Shown: positions 38,550 to 48,458, counted from the first letter of the stretch. The stretch is 64,000 bases of DNA from an uncultured Chlamydiae bacterium (GCA_963713615.1 CAVQMM010000001.1:1632001-1696000), one strand, 5' to 3'. Numbers and translations: made by a program. Notes: a model not told the origin generated them from the letters alone.

Positions 38550-39355
38550 AAAATCATCATCAGAGACTCCCCATGGATTCCAGTTTTATCTTTTAAGGTC
38601 AGGTTATAATTCAGACTCTTATTCAAAAAAAAGATTTGTTTTTTTATAGTTTCCTTACTCATATTGCCCCACCAATGAACAATGACGGCATCAGGGTTAA
38701 TTGGACGGTCAACGGTCCAATTAAAAACTGATGAGAGCACTGCAAATGATCGTTTTTCGGTAAATAAGATATTCGCCAATAGCTGCTGATCCGAGCAAAA
38801 AAGATGATTTCGTGTGATGGTTTGCTTAGCCCATTCCTGAATAATCTGCGAGTCGCGCTCGAAAATCACCACTCCAGCATTGAACATGGTCTGGCCCTCA
38901 GCAATGATCCCGCGGCTCAGATTGAGTTGCTGCGACCATTCGGGCTCGGCAGACACACCAATACCGCCGTCTCCTAAAGGGATCGCAAAAAGCGAGCGAA
39001 GCGACCCTCTTATCTGTGTGTCCAAATCTAACCAGAGCGTTCGTTTGTATGGCGTGCGGATAAGAGATAGGGGCTTTTTGTACCAAGTGAAGCGCATCTG
39101 CCACACATTTCGATGCATAGCTTCCCAAATAGCTGCATCTCTGTGGCTTACAGCGTCTTTCTTAGCCATAAATCCGTCGGAAAGGTCCAACTTGATGAGG
39201 TCTCCTCGTTGACGACACCACTCTGCAGCGTCGCTAGTGAGATCCCCAAAATCGACAAAAGTCACAGGATAGCTATTATGCAAGCGATAATGCATCCACC
39301 ACCAGGGGAGTAACCACTCTTGCCCTCGGGAAGTGCCTACAATAACCCCTTGCAT
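38546..39355 (-). CDS. GT-A fold glycosyltransferase (GT8-like)
   Basis: KP, LWLDLD, FNAGV, SDQ and IVHW motifs. Confidence 0.8.
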   Translation of the reverse strand: MQGVIVGTSRGQEWLLPWWWMHYRLHNSYPVTFVDFGDLTSDAAEWCRQRGDLIKLDLSDGFMAKKDAVSHRDAAIWEAMHRNVWQMRFTWYKKPLSLIRTPYKRTLWLDLDTQIRGSLRSLFAIPLGDGGIGVSAEPEWSQQLNLSRGIIAEGQTMFNAGVVIFERDSQIIQEWAKQTITRNHLFCSDQQLLANILFTEKRSFAVLSSVFNWTVDRPINPDAVIVHWWGNMSKETIKKQIFFLNKSLNYNLTLKDKTGIHGESLMMIF

Positions 39356-39495
39356 GACGACCATCCATACCTGTTTTACCACGCTATACCACACTCGGTT
39401 GCGTAAAGGCCAGCCCCACATAGGGGATTTGCGCTAAAACCAGATGAGTTCTAACATGACGTTAGACCAAAAAGACTACTCAAGGGGTGCCCCTC

Positions 39496-40110
39496 ATGAA
39501 GAGAATAGTTGGCTTAATCATTGTATATGCTCTTCTTTTATTCGCACCTAGGGCAGCAATAGCAACAGATGCCCCACCAATTGATGGCCAAACCCTTCTA
39601 GCCAAGGGAGGGCACCATGGTGGACATCATCACCATGGCCACCACCATCATCATCATCACGGCCACCATCACCATGGACATCACCACCACCATGGACACC
39701 ATCACCACCACGGACACCACCATCATCATGGGGATCATCACGATGGCTGGGACCACCATGGTGACGGCTGGGACCATCATGGTTCGTATAATGGTGTAGG
39801 TGTTTACCCTCCAGGTGAAGCGTATTATAGAACTGTACAGGGGGTATTACCCACCTTCTCATTGAGGGCAAGCACGCCTCAAGTATACGTGGGAGAGCCT
39901 GTTTCCATATCTCTCCCCCACACGACGGGTACGCCACCTTATACGGTGTTTTGGCGGACAAATGACAGCACGCAATGGACAAAAAGCGGCACTAATTTCA
40001 ATGTCAAGGCCACTCAACCTGGCGATATGAAGGTCCATGTTGTGGTCCAGGATGCCAATGGAAAGTTTTCACGTCCTCAGACTACAAACATTAAGGTTCA
40101 AGGACGATAG
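39496..40110 (+). CDS. Secreted His-rich protein with Ig/PKD-like C-domain
   Basis: Signal peptide; (GHHHHH)n tract; C-domain paralogous to that in 24834-25889. Confidence 0.8.
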   Translation: MKRIVGLIIVYALLLFAPRAAIATDAPPIDGQTLLAKGGHHGGHHHHGHHHHHHHGHHHHGHHHHHGHHHHHGHHHHHGDHHDGWDHHGDGWDHHGSYNGVGVYPPGEAYYRTVQGVLPTFSLRASTPQVYVGEPVSISLPHTTGTPPYTVFWRTNDSTQWTKSGTNFNVKATQPGDMKVHVVVQDANGKFSRPQTTNIKVQGR

Positions 40111-40139
40111 AGTTTTTACAGAACAGAAAGGAAAAACTC

Positions 40140-40448
40140 ATGCAAAAGATGATTGTAAGTGCGATTTATGCCAGCATTATTCTCTTCAGTGGTCACCTGG
40201 GGGCTCGTGATGATCGAGGAAGCTACGAAGATCATCGTCAAAATCATCGCAATTATGAACAGGATCACGATTGGCACGATAATGCTTGGCGACACAACGA
40301 CGATGATTGGGATCGCGAATATCATAACAATGGGAACGATCGGGGTGGTACTGGACAATGGCAAAGTTCCTCCACGACAACCTGGCAGGGACAGAATGTG
40401 ATTATTACTCCACCTAGCCAGGTCTACTATTACCAAAATCCGGAATAA
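40140..40448 (+). CDS. Small secreted D/H/R/N-rich protein
   Basis: Signal peptide; low-complexity mature region; co-oriented with the His-rich gene. Confidence 0.6.
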   Translation: MQKMIVSAIYASIILFSGHLGARDDRGSYEDHRQNHRNYEQDHDWHDNAWRHNDDDWDREYHNNGNDRGGTGQWQSSSTTTWQGQNVIITPPSQVYYYQNPE

Positions 40449-40456
40449 TGCACCTC

Positions 40457-40599
40457 TTGTTAAAATCTAAAAGATGTTGTAGATACATCTAAAACATCTT
40501 TTAGATTTTAATAAGCTGCCATTTCATGGGATGCAAAAGCCGTTTTTCTTGTTAAGGTCCATTTTAGACGTATCTACAACATCTTTTAGATTTTAACAA
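40457..40599. repeat. AT-rich inverted repeat between convergent genes
   Basis: ttgttaaaatctaaaagatgttgtagatac (40457-40486) is a perfect IR of 40570-40599. Confidence 0.75.
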
Positions 40600-40624
40600 A
40601 CCACCATTTAGACGTATCTACACC

Positions 40625-41230
40625 TCACCCATTCAAATCGCTTAGCATGCGATCCAGGATAATGGTCGTTTCTTTTACTCGACGAGAATGCTCCCCTTCC
40701 CAAGCCTTGCCAATTTCATTTACAGAAGCTTTAGGATGTAGCTCTCTGAATTGCTGAGCGAAGTTCAGGTAAGCCCACTCCAGCTTGGGGGCTGCTTTGC
40801 GGTTCTTTCGCCGCTCATATTCCTTTTGCCAGTAAGCTGCGAAATCGGAATATGTGGGTGGCTCACCAGCTAACCATTTTACCTTAAGCCAATCTTGACC
40901 ATAAGCGGTAAAGTGAAAATGCTCCCCTACGAGTGTTTTCATGAATTTTCTGGTCTTCAAATCATTTTTATAGCTACCCAACAGCATTTTCGCCTTGGGT
41001 GTCAGGGGATATTCATGCCCTTTTTTAGCTTTAGAGATCTCAGGCATCATCGGCGGCACTGCTACCTTACCTGTTCGCAAAAAGGACATGATACGGGTGA
41101 TCAAGTCTAGCTTTCTTCCCGCGGGAGGTAGGTTTAAGCGGTGGCAAATATCCTTCAGCTCGCTTATATGAAGAAAATAAAGGTTTTGGTTGAGCTGATC
41201 TAGCTCATGCTGGTTGAGCGCATCCGCCAT
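40625..41230 (-). CDS. SAP-domain (DUF6434-like) protein
   Basis: ELKDIC.RLNL..AGRKLDLITRI; R.FM...VG.HFHF motifs. Confidence 0.75.
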   Translation of the reverse strand: MADALNQHELDQLNQNLYFLHISELKDICHRLNLPPAGRKLDLITRIMSFLRTGKVAVPPMMPEISKAKKGHEYPLTPKAKMLLGSYKNDLKTRKFMKTLVGEHFHFTAYGQDWLKVKWLAGEPPTYSDFAAYWQKEYERRKNRKAAPKLEWAYLNFAQQFRELHPKASVNEIGKAWEGEHSRRVKETTIILDRMLSDLNG

Positions 41231-41304
41231 ATATACTCTCCAATCAAGGCTCTTTGCCTTACTATAGAACAACGGATAAATCTAGTACATCGCAGGAAAC
41301 AACG

Positions 41305-42600
41305 ATGACTCATAAAAGACAGGTCTGGGGCAAATACTGCTCTTGGTTTCCTAGCCAGGTAGCCTATCCCTCTTCTCCAGAGGAAGTACGGGACATCCTC
41401 CTCCACGCTCAAAAAAGTCGGCTGAAGATACGCACCATTGGCTCCCTACACTCCATGAATGATCTTTGCAAGACAAGCGACATCCAAATACACACCGATA
41501 AACTATGCAAAGTGATCAACATTGATAAGCAGAGCCTAACCATCAAGGTAGAGAGCGGCATTAAGATCAAGCACCTTCAAGAGCTTCTTGCTGCTGAGGG
41601 ACTGACTCTTCCCAATCAAGGCTACATTGTAGAGCAGAGTGTCGCTGGAGCCATAGCCACTGCGACACATGGTTCGGGCAAGACAGGCACTCTAAGCAGC
41701 TTTGTGGAGGAAATCGAGCTAATCAGCGCTAAAGGCGAACTACATGTCCTTACGCCAGCCTCAAATCCGCATTTGTTTTCGGCGGCGGTGGTCAGTCTAG
41801 GTTGCCTAGGAGTGGTGTCCACGGTAACGCTACGATGCATCCCACAACAAAAGCTCCATTTATCAAAAGTCAAGATGAGCGTGCAGCCCCTGCTAGATCA
41901 ACTCTCAAGCATCCGAGAACACAACGATTTCTACCAATTGGTCATCAACCCTTACAGTGATGAGGCATTGACATGGCAATTTCGTAAAACGGATGAACCG
42001 CTGCGTCATTGTTTTTACTACCAGCTGCGAAGACTGATGGGAAAGGCCCTGGCTATCTTTGCATTCGACATTCTTCCACCCCCCACCTGGCTTGTACCCA
42101 CAGTGGTGAAAACGTATATGACGCTTTCGCCTTTTAAGGGTTGTGTAGACTATGGCTATCATTTGCTTTCCCCAGCGGACGAAGGCCATTACGTTGAGGA
42201 AGAGATAGCTGTACCAATAGCACACTTTGAAAAGGCTCTGTTGGCTACGCGAAAACTCATTGACGAATTTAACGTAAAAGGCACTCGCGTCGTGGCTATC
42301 ATCTTGGTGCGTTTTGCCGAAGCTGATGCGTATGGCTACCTAAGTCCGACTCTGAACCGCAAAACTGCCTACATCAGCCTGATCACAATAGCAAAACCAG
42401 GATATCAAGAGCTTTTTGAAGCGGTTGAGCAGGCCCTATACGCTTATGAAGGACGTCCTCACTGGGGTAAGGTGCACTTTTTAAACCGAGATAGGGTTGC
42501 AAAACTGTATCCGGAGACATATCCTTCATTCATCGCCGCACGCCGCGAGCTTGATCCAGAAGGCGTTTTCGCAAATGATTACATCGAACGCCTGTTTTGA
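41305..42600 (+). CDS. FAD-linked sugar-lactone oxidase (ALO/GULO family)
   Basis: IGSLHS, QSVAGAIATATHGSG, RPHWGK and LDPEGVFAN motifs. Confidence 0.9.
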   Translation: MTHKRQVWGKYCSWFPSQVAYPSSPEEVRDILLHAQKSRLKIRTIGSLHSMNDLCKTSDIQIHTDKLCKVINIDKQSLTIKVESGIKIKHLQELLAAEGLTLPNQGYIVEQSVAGAIATATHGSGKTGTLSSFVEEIELISAKGELHVLTPASNPHLFSAAVVSLGCLGVVSTVTLRCIPQQKLHLSKVKMSVQPLLDQLSSIREHNDFYQLVINPYSDEALTWQFRKTDEPLRHCFYYQLRRLMGKALAIFAFDILPPPTWLVPTVVKTYMTLSPFKGCVDYGYHLLSPADEGHYVEEEIAVPIAHFEKALLATRKLIDEFNVKGTRVVAIILVRFAEADAYGYLSPTLNRKTAYISLITIAKPGYQELFEAVEQALYAYEGRPHWGKVHFLNRDRVAKLYPETYPSFIAARRELDPEGVFANDYIERLF

Positions 42601-42606
42601 GGCTGA

Positions 42607-42771
42607 TATACCACTCACGCGTAGGTTGTGTACATTTCGACTAGCGTGAAAGCTCCCGTGGTTGAACGATCGCAAGTGGGTCCATATTTGTAATATTGAC
42701 CCACTTGCGATCGTTCAACCCCGGGGCTTTGGCGCAGTCGAAATATGCACAACCTACGCGTGAGTGGTATA
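42607..42771. mobile_element. 165-bp palindromic MITE-like element, copy 2
   Basis: tataccactcacgcgtaggttgtg...cacaacctacgcgtgagtggtata; homologous to 271-434. Confidence 0.85.
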
Positions 42772-42840
42772 GAACCAACAACTTTTCTTTATCCCTCCTT
42801 TGCACATTTCGTCCATACTGGGTGTTTTTAGAGGTAAAGT

Positions 42841-43632
42841 ATGGACGTTCGTGGTGCTGGAATCATCCCGTGTGCTTCCTATGGGGGTGAAGAGTACCTT
42901 CTCCTCGGCGAGCAAGGTTGTACCATTAACAGAGAATGGGGAGATCTGGGTGGCAAACGTGATCCTGGAGAATCCGTGCACGCCACGGCTGCTCGCGAGG
43001 CACACGAGGAAAGTCGCGGTGTGCTGGGTTCAACGCTGGGACTCATTTTCCGAACCTTCTGGCCCATGGAGACTATTGCACTACGTCAATACCGTAGTTA
43101 TCTCTGTCGATGGAGGATCTCAAATCTCTGCGATATTCCCAAGAGGTTTCAAAGAACCCACCGCCATGGACATGTCTTTAACGAAATGAACCAGTTGCAA
43201 TGGGTCAAAGCCTCGGAAGTCCATGACGCCGCTATGAACTACCGCCCTGGCTCCGGCAAATGCGTATGCACAGCCGCGGGTAAACGACTTGCTAGACGTT
43301 GCACCGGTGTGCTTCGCCGCAGCAGTGGCTATGCGCGCCACGCGGCAAGTCAAGTGGATCGCATTTCTACCTCCACAGGACATGCCTTGATTAACCTCAA
43401 GAATGGAAGAGCCTTTTTGGTAGAGCAGCGAGGTTCTTCAAGCGACAATCTCATCCTGAAAAGACACACTGGGCCTCAAAGCCTTTGGCAACGTATCAAA
43501 GACTTCTGTCTTGTATTGCTATTTCTTAAGCCTAACGAAGCCTCTAGCGCGGAACGTGAGGCAATCTTCCATGCCTTGCAACAAGAATCTCTAGTTCATC
43601 GCTTGTATCGCCGTGTGGAACGGTTCGTGTAG
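42841..43632 (+). CDS. NUDIX hydrolase with C-terminal extension
   Basis: GAGIIP, YLLLG and Nudix box GGKRDPGESVHATAAREAHEESRG. Confidence 0.85.
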   Translation: MDVRGAGIIPCASYGGEEYLLLGEQGCTINREWGDLGGKRDPGESVHATAAREAHEESRGVLGSTLGLIFRTFWPMETIALRQYRSYLCRWRISNLCDIPKRFQRTHRHGHVFNEMNQLQWVKASEVHDAAMNYRPGSGKCVCTAAGKRLARRCTGVLRRSSGYARHAASQVDRISTSTGHALINLKNGRAFLVEQRGSSSDNLILKRHTGPQSLWQRIKDFCLVLLFLKPNEASSAEREAIFHALQQESLVHRLYRRVERFV

Positions 43633-43772
43633 CCTTTTTTAACGCAAAAGCGCAAAGAAGAGCTCATGTGTGTGCATGCACGGCATAAGTAGGGTAAATA
43701 ACCCTACTTATGCCATGTATCATAACGGTGAGCTCTTCTTTGCGCCTTTGCGTTAAAAGGCTACACGAACCG
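43621..43772. repeat. ~150-bp palindrome (AACGCAAAGGCGCAAAG family)
   Basis: cggttcgtgtagcc..aacgcaaaagcgcaaagaagagctc / gagctcttctttgcgcctttgcgtt..ggctacacgaaccg; partial copies at ~51105-51138 and 60131-60184. Confidence 0.8.
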
Positions 43773-43787
43773 GTCTACTGAATCTCG

Positions 43788-43816
43788 TTGTGTTCAAGTT
43801 TGAGAGCGTTTATAAT
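43788..43816 (+). promoter_or_regulatory. Putative sigma70/sigma66 promoter for the AAA ATPase gene
   Basis: TTGTGT-N17-TATAAT. Confidence 0.45.
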
Positions 43817-43974
43817 ATGCTCACTACAAAGGGCTTTGTAAGTTTTCGGGGGGGGGGGATCATCATGTATATTCACACGCATCTGCATCCGTCCTAGTAA
43901 ATTTTATTTTCGGAAATGTGGCCATCTGCTTTCTCGCGATGGCACGTATTGTTATTTTATGGGGAGGTTTTCGG

Positions 43975-45645
43975 ATGGATTTTACATTTCGTTATGTAGT
44001 AGGTCCCGCCGTGGCAGTAACTAGCGTTATAACTACCGCTGTGGTTGTTGGGGGCGGCTATTTATATGCCGGCTTACAGGTAGCTCCGGATATGGATGTG
44101 GCCAATAAAATCAAGAATTTTCTCTTTGATAGAGTACCAGACAGCACGGAAGAGGGCGCTAAGGTATTTGTTCAAAAAGTTGGGGCTGGAACAATCAACG
44201 CTGTTGGCGAGGGTCTCAATTCGCCTCATTTTAAGGAAGCGTTAACGAAATTGATCAATTCCCTCGGAACAGTATTTACCTCAGGTCTAGGGGATCTAAA
44301 CCGGGTCATCGGGGACATGAGTAAGCATTTTGGCAACATCGGAACAAGTCTCGCTAAAAACCTCAAGGAAATCAGTGCGCCATCGCTACACGAAGTTGCG
44401 GGTATTTTTCGAGACTTCATGAAAAATATCTCTTTCACCATGATCACCACATGGGTGCCTACGATGGTCGCTTGGGGCGCGCTCTCTGTGGGAACTCCAC
44501 TGCTGCTAAGATATATCTACTATCGAGCCAAGCACATGATTGGCCGCCCCAGCCTAATGATCGAATATAAAACGATCACGATATTTACGCCGGTGAAGGA
44601 GCTTTGCTCCAAAATCACCCAACTCTTCAGGAATGCCTCTGAACAAATCAAAACACCCTTTTTCAATGCGGAAGTCACACGCCGTACGAATGAGATCATC
44701 AAAGCTACCTATAATATCAAAAAACATGGTGGAAACTTTCAAAATCTAATTCTCCATGGTCCTGGCGGTACTGGTAAGACGATGATCGCTAGCAAAATTG
44801 CTCGTGAAGCCGGCATGAACTATATCATGATGTCCGGAGGCGACCTAGCACAATACATCAAACGAGGCGAGCACGTCACCGAACTGAATAAAATGTTGAA
44901 ATTTGCCAACAATGGCTCGCAACCAACAATTCTCTTCATCGATGAAGCCGAGGCAATGTGTAAAAACCGCGATGTCCTCGATCAAGAGCATACCGAATTG
45001 CTCGACGGCTTTCTCAAACAAACAGGTGAAGCCAACAAGAATATGATGATTATTATGGCAACTAACCGCCTACATGACATCGACCCTGCTGTGTTAAGCC
45101 GCATGGACCATAAGGTGCATGTTGGCGCTCCTGACTATACCCAAAGGATGAATATCTTGAGGCAGTACGTTCAGCGGCAGTTTAGCAAAACCGATATCAA
45201 TAACTTCTTCACAGATAGGCAAATAGGATCCATCGCAAGCAGAACGACTGGTCTGACAGGCCGAGCCCTCGAGAAGCTCGTCAATGCCATCTACTGCAAG
45301 AAGGCGACCACGGATGACAATAAGCTAACCCAAAGACTGATCAATGAGTCCATCTACGACTTTGTCACGCAAGAACGAGATTTGCCTGGTGCGGAGCGCT
45401 CTTGGTTGTTTGTAGAGAGAATCAGCGACTTCTGGTACTTCACGATCCCTGCAATCAGCAACTATTGCATGGAGATCATTTCGGCCATTGGAGCAGTGCT
45501 GTCCGGTACCACAGACTTTGGTCTCAGTGAAGCTGTAACAGAGAAGATCAGAGACATGGGATACGCAGATTGGTTCGGAATACTTCCCAAGGCAGAGCCA
45601 AGACGCTGGTCTTTCTGGCCCAGTGCATTAGAACGGTACGTGTAA
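43975..45645 (+). CDS. ATAD3-like membrane AAA+ ATPase
   Basis: GGAGG RBS; Walker A GPGGTGKT; Walker B LFIDEAE; ATAD3-like IGRPSL, MMSGGDLA and FLKQTG segments. Confidence 0.85.
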   Translation: MDFTFRYVVGPAVAVTSVITTAVVVGGGYLYAGLQVAPDMDVANKIKNFLFDRVPDSTEEGAKVFVQKVGAGTINAVGEGLNSPHFKEALTKLINSLGTVFTSGLGDLNRVIGDMSKHFGNIGTSLAKNLKEISAPSLHEVAGIFRDFMKNISFTMITTWVPTMVAWGALSVGTPLLLRYIYYRAKHMIGRPSLMIEYKTITIFTPVKELCSKITQLFRNASEQIKTPFFNAEVTRRTNEIIKATYNIKKHGGNFQNLILHGPGGTGKTMIASKIAREAGMNYIMMSGGDLAQYIKRGEHVTELNKMLKFANNGSQPTILFIDEAEAMCKNRDVLDQEHTELLDGFLKQTGEANKNMMIIMATNRLHDIDPAVLSRMDHKVHVGAPDYTQRMNILRQYVQRQFSKTDINNFFTDRQIGSIASRTTGLTGRALEKLVNAIYCKKATTDDNKLTQRLINESIYDFVTQERDLPGAERSWLFVERISDFWYFTIPAISNYCMEIISAIGAVLSGTTDFGLSEAVTEKIRDMGYADWFGILPKAEPRRWSFWPSALERYV

Positions 45646-45984
45646 CCTTTTTTAGACTAAAGGACATAAAGAGGTAATTGCGGAAGTATTTGGGCTCTCA
45701 TGGATCGGTTCTTTGAAAAAAATCACTTTTTTTTGTGAGAAGGCGATTCTGGAGAGCTTAAGTGGTATGGCACTATCCAGTCTGGAAAGACAGGCTTTTC
45801 TCCCTTCCCAGGCCCGAAGGGTCGATATTGCAACAGGCCATGGCATCGCCACATAGGCCTCAACCTAACAGGTCTTTTGAGCTTATATCTCAATGACTTA
45901 GGACTTCACAATCGTATCTCGGCGCGCAGCGCTTTGGAGTGCGGTCGCTTGCGACGTAAGCGTCAATTGAGGCCATCTGGCGAT

Positions 45985-47529
45985 TTATTCGGCAGTGGGG
46001 GCTGATGAGGTGGATGAGGCCTTTGCTTGTCGCCTGGCGGCAGCCCAAGCGTCGGGCAGAAGCTCGTGAAGTTTTTGAGAATTATGGGCTGGCAGGCGCC
46101 TCATCACATCCTCTAGGTATTCGTGGGGGTTGACTCCTATCGCGCGGCAGGTCTGTACCAGGCTTAGCAGTACGGCGGAAGCTTCCCCACCCTCCTCGCT
46201 TCCAATAAACATCCAGTTCTTGCGGCCAATAGCTAGAGGGCGTATCGCTCGCTCCGCTACATTGTTGTCGAGACGCGCAAATGCATGTTGGGTGTAGTTT
46301 TTCAGATGGGGAATTAAGCTGCAATAATAGCCTAGAGCCTCCCTTAGATTCGATTTGGGAAGAGCCTTGCCATTAACCAGCCGGTCCTTGATGCGTGCAG
46401 TCAGCTCATCTATTATTGGAGCTTCTTTCTCTTGTCTTATCCGCAGACGTTCCTCTGGAGAACGTTCCCAAGCAACTCTCTCTAACATAAATAGATATTT
46501 TATCTTGCGCAGTACCCAGCTAACAAATTTTTTATCGCCACCTACAGCGTCGAAAAACTTGCGCCGAATGTGACTCCAGCATGGACACCAAGTGAATTGC
46601 TTCTTATTAGCCAGTGCTTCATAGGCTCCATATTTATCCGAATGGACAACACCTTTATATCCAGCTAGTATTTCCACAGCATGCTTGTGGCAGCGGTCCG
46701 TGCGAAAATGATAGACTCGATAAGGCGGATTTTTTTCCTGCCCTCCAACGATCACCCACATAAAAGCCTGGTGCACCTTTCCCTTACCAGGGACAAGCAT
46801 GTCCACAGGAGATTCGTCCACAAAAACATTGTTGCTGCTGAGCACGCGAGCAATCATTTCTTCATATAGCGCCTTTAAGGCATATCCACAGCGCATTACC
46901 CACTTGCAAAGTATTTGTCGGCTGATGAGAATGCCCTCGCGAGCTAAGATTTCCGATTGACGAAATAAAGGAAGGTGATCGGCGAATTTTTTCACGATCA
47001 CACTGGCTAAAAGACTCTCATCGGCTTGACAGCGAGGAAAAATGCTATCTGGTAAATCTGCGATAAAAACGCCCTCTTCACTATGTGCTCTACATGCATA
47101 CTTGGGACGTACTAGCTCCTTGACGTAGTAGCTACCTGGCGTATGCGCTATTTTGTGAGTGACTTCTTCGCCAATTTTGACGAGGGCTTCACCCGTTGTA
47201 GGGCAAACTTTTTGATCCTCTGGCAAATCTAAAATACAGCGTTGAACGGGAATATTGTCTGGAAGCGTAATTTTATCTTTGCCATTGCGCCCCTGCTTAA
47301 CCCGTCGATGAGCAGGCACATTTATTGTCTCTTTTTGCTCTTCGGAACCAAGATTTTCGAAACCTTCCAGGTAGAGTTGTTGACCGCCATCGTCGACTAC
47401 TTTTTCCGAACGTTTCCCAAAAATCTGACGCCTAAACCATTCAAGCTGCTCCTTGAGAAAGCTATTCTCATTTCGCAGGGAATAAATTTCCGATTGAAGC
47501 TGTTCTAGTGATAGTGTTGAGGTTTCCAT
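45985..47529 (-). CDS. tnpC: IS66 DDE transposase TnpC
   Basis: FGKRSEK, KFADHLPLFRQ, VDES, SDKYGAY, CWSHIRRKF and DNNVAERAIR..GRKNW motifs. Confidence 0.96.
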   Translation of the reverse strand: METSTLSLEQLQSEIYSLRNENSFLKEQLEWFRRQIFGKRSEKVVDDGGQQLYLEGFENLGSEEQKETINVPAHRRVKQGRNGKDKITLPDNIPVQRCILDLPEDQKVCPTTGEALVKIGEEVTHKIAHTPGSYYVKELVRPKYACRAHSEEGVFIADLPDSIFPRCQADESLLASVIVKKFADHLPLFRQSEILAREGILISRQILCKWVMRCGYALKALYEEMIARVLSSNNVFVDESPVDMLVPGKGKVHQAFMWVIVGGQEKNPPYRVYHFRTDRCHKHAVEILAGYKGVVHSDKYGAYEALANKKQFTWCPCWSHIRRKFFDAVGGDKKFVSWVLRKIKYLFMLERVAWERSPEERLRIRQEKEAPIIDELTARIKDRLVNGKALPKSNLREALGYYCSLIPHLKNYTQHAFARLDNNVAERAIRPLAIGRKNWMFIGSEEGGEASAVLLSLVQTCRAIGVNPHEYLEDVMRRLPAHNSQKLHELLPDAWAAARRQAKASSTSSAPTAE

Positions 47530-47611
47530 ATGCTCTAAATCATATCACAGACCCCCTCTATTATCAAGTATTTTATCTAATAAAATGCACATTGTTTTTA
47601 GGATTTTAGGC

Positions 47612-48193
47612 TCAATGACTACTCTCCAACAACATTAGAAATTCTCGACGATCGATAGCGGAATCTGGAATGCTTCCATTGCGAAAACTTCCTTTTTCAA
47701 GTCGCTTGTACCAGACGGCATGACCATTACCATCCCAGTAAAAGACCTTCACTAGATTTCTACGACGATTTAAAAAAACGAAGTAGGCCCCGCAGGTAAA
47801 TTCGCCCGAGAACGAACTGTCAACAAGATTGCTCAAGCACTCAAATCCCTTTCGCATATCGATCGGCTCTTGATAGAGAAAGACACCCTTGTTTTTCTGA
47901 TATGACGACCTCAGAGTTTTGCTCGCAGACTTTAGGGTTAGATAGACGCTCTTCTGATCAAGCGAAAGCTTGAGCTCGGGCAGGGTAATGTCTATCCAAC
48001 CCGTCGAGGAAATGTGGTCGGGCGGGCTAACTTTAAAGCGTTGGTACCAGTACAAGAGCTGCTGGTAGCTTATATTGTTCTCTAGGCACCACCTGCGGCC
48101 ACTCTGACCGCTCGCCATCCATTGGTCTATGCGTCGAGCCCACTCAGAACGCTTCCTTTTGAAATCCATTAGTATCTCCATGGTTAGGGTCAT
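47612..48193 (-). CDS. IS66 accessory protein, TnpA-TnpB fusion
   Basis: N-terminal W...SGQS.R.WC...ISY..L.YW (TnpA-like HTH); C-terminal DMRKGF, FVFLNRRR..VK.FYWD and YKRLEKG.F (TnpB). Confidence 0.85.
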   Translation of the reverse strand: MTLTMEILMDFKRKRSEWARRIDQWMASGQSGRRWCLENNISYQQLLYWYQRFKVSPPDHISSTGWIDITLPELKLSLDQKSVYLTLKSASKTLRSSYQKNKGVFLYQEPIDMRKGFECLSNLVDSSFSGEFTCGAYFVFLNRRRNLVKVFYWDGNGHAVWYKRLEKGSFRNGSIPDSAIDRREFLMLLESSH

Positions 48194-48458
48194 GGAGAAA
48201 ACTTAGAACCTCGCGGAATTACGAAAAAGGTGGCTTCAATTGACGCTTACCTTGCGACCGCTTTTCGTTCCTTGGGACGGCAATGCTAAACGGCATTGTA
48301 TGGATTCGTCGAAGGCTGCATGTACTAACTATTTTACCCTTAGGGAATTATAGTAATGCCGTTGCACACGACCGTCGCAAGGAACCCAAAGCGGTCGCAA
48401 GGTAAGCGTCAATTGAAGCCACCTTTTTCGTAATTCCGCGAGGTTCTAAGTTTTCTCC

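Larger units (their letters stand above)
45956..48250 (-). mobile_element. IS66-family element, copy A (2295 bp)
   Basis: TIR GTAAGCGTCAATTGA(A/G)GCCA; 8-bp TSD CTTGCGAC at 45948-45955 and 48251-48258. Confidence 0.97.

Noticed and set aside
39548..40436. Met/Val/Ile-rich alternative-frame ORFs
   Set aside because: Frame and antisense shadows of the His- and Asp-rich tracts.
47612..48193. RNA-guided TnpB nuclease (IS200/IS605 type)
   Set aside because: This is the unrelated IS66 accessory TnpB; it has no RuvC or zinc-ribbon motifs.
48251..48401. Spacer inverted between the IS66 copies
   Set aside because: It is colinear with the reverse complement of the empty MITE at 22684-22988.
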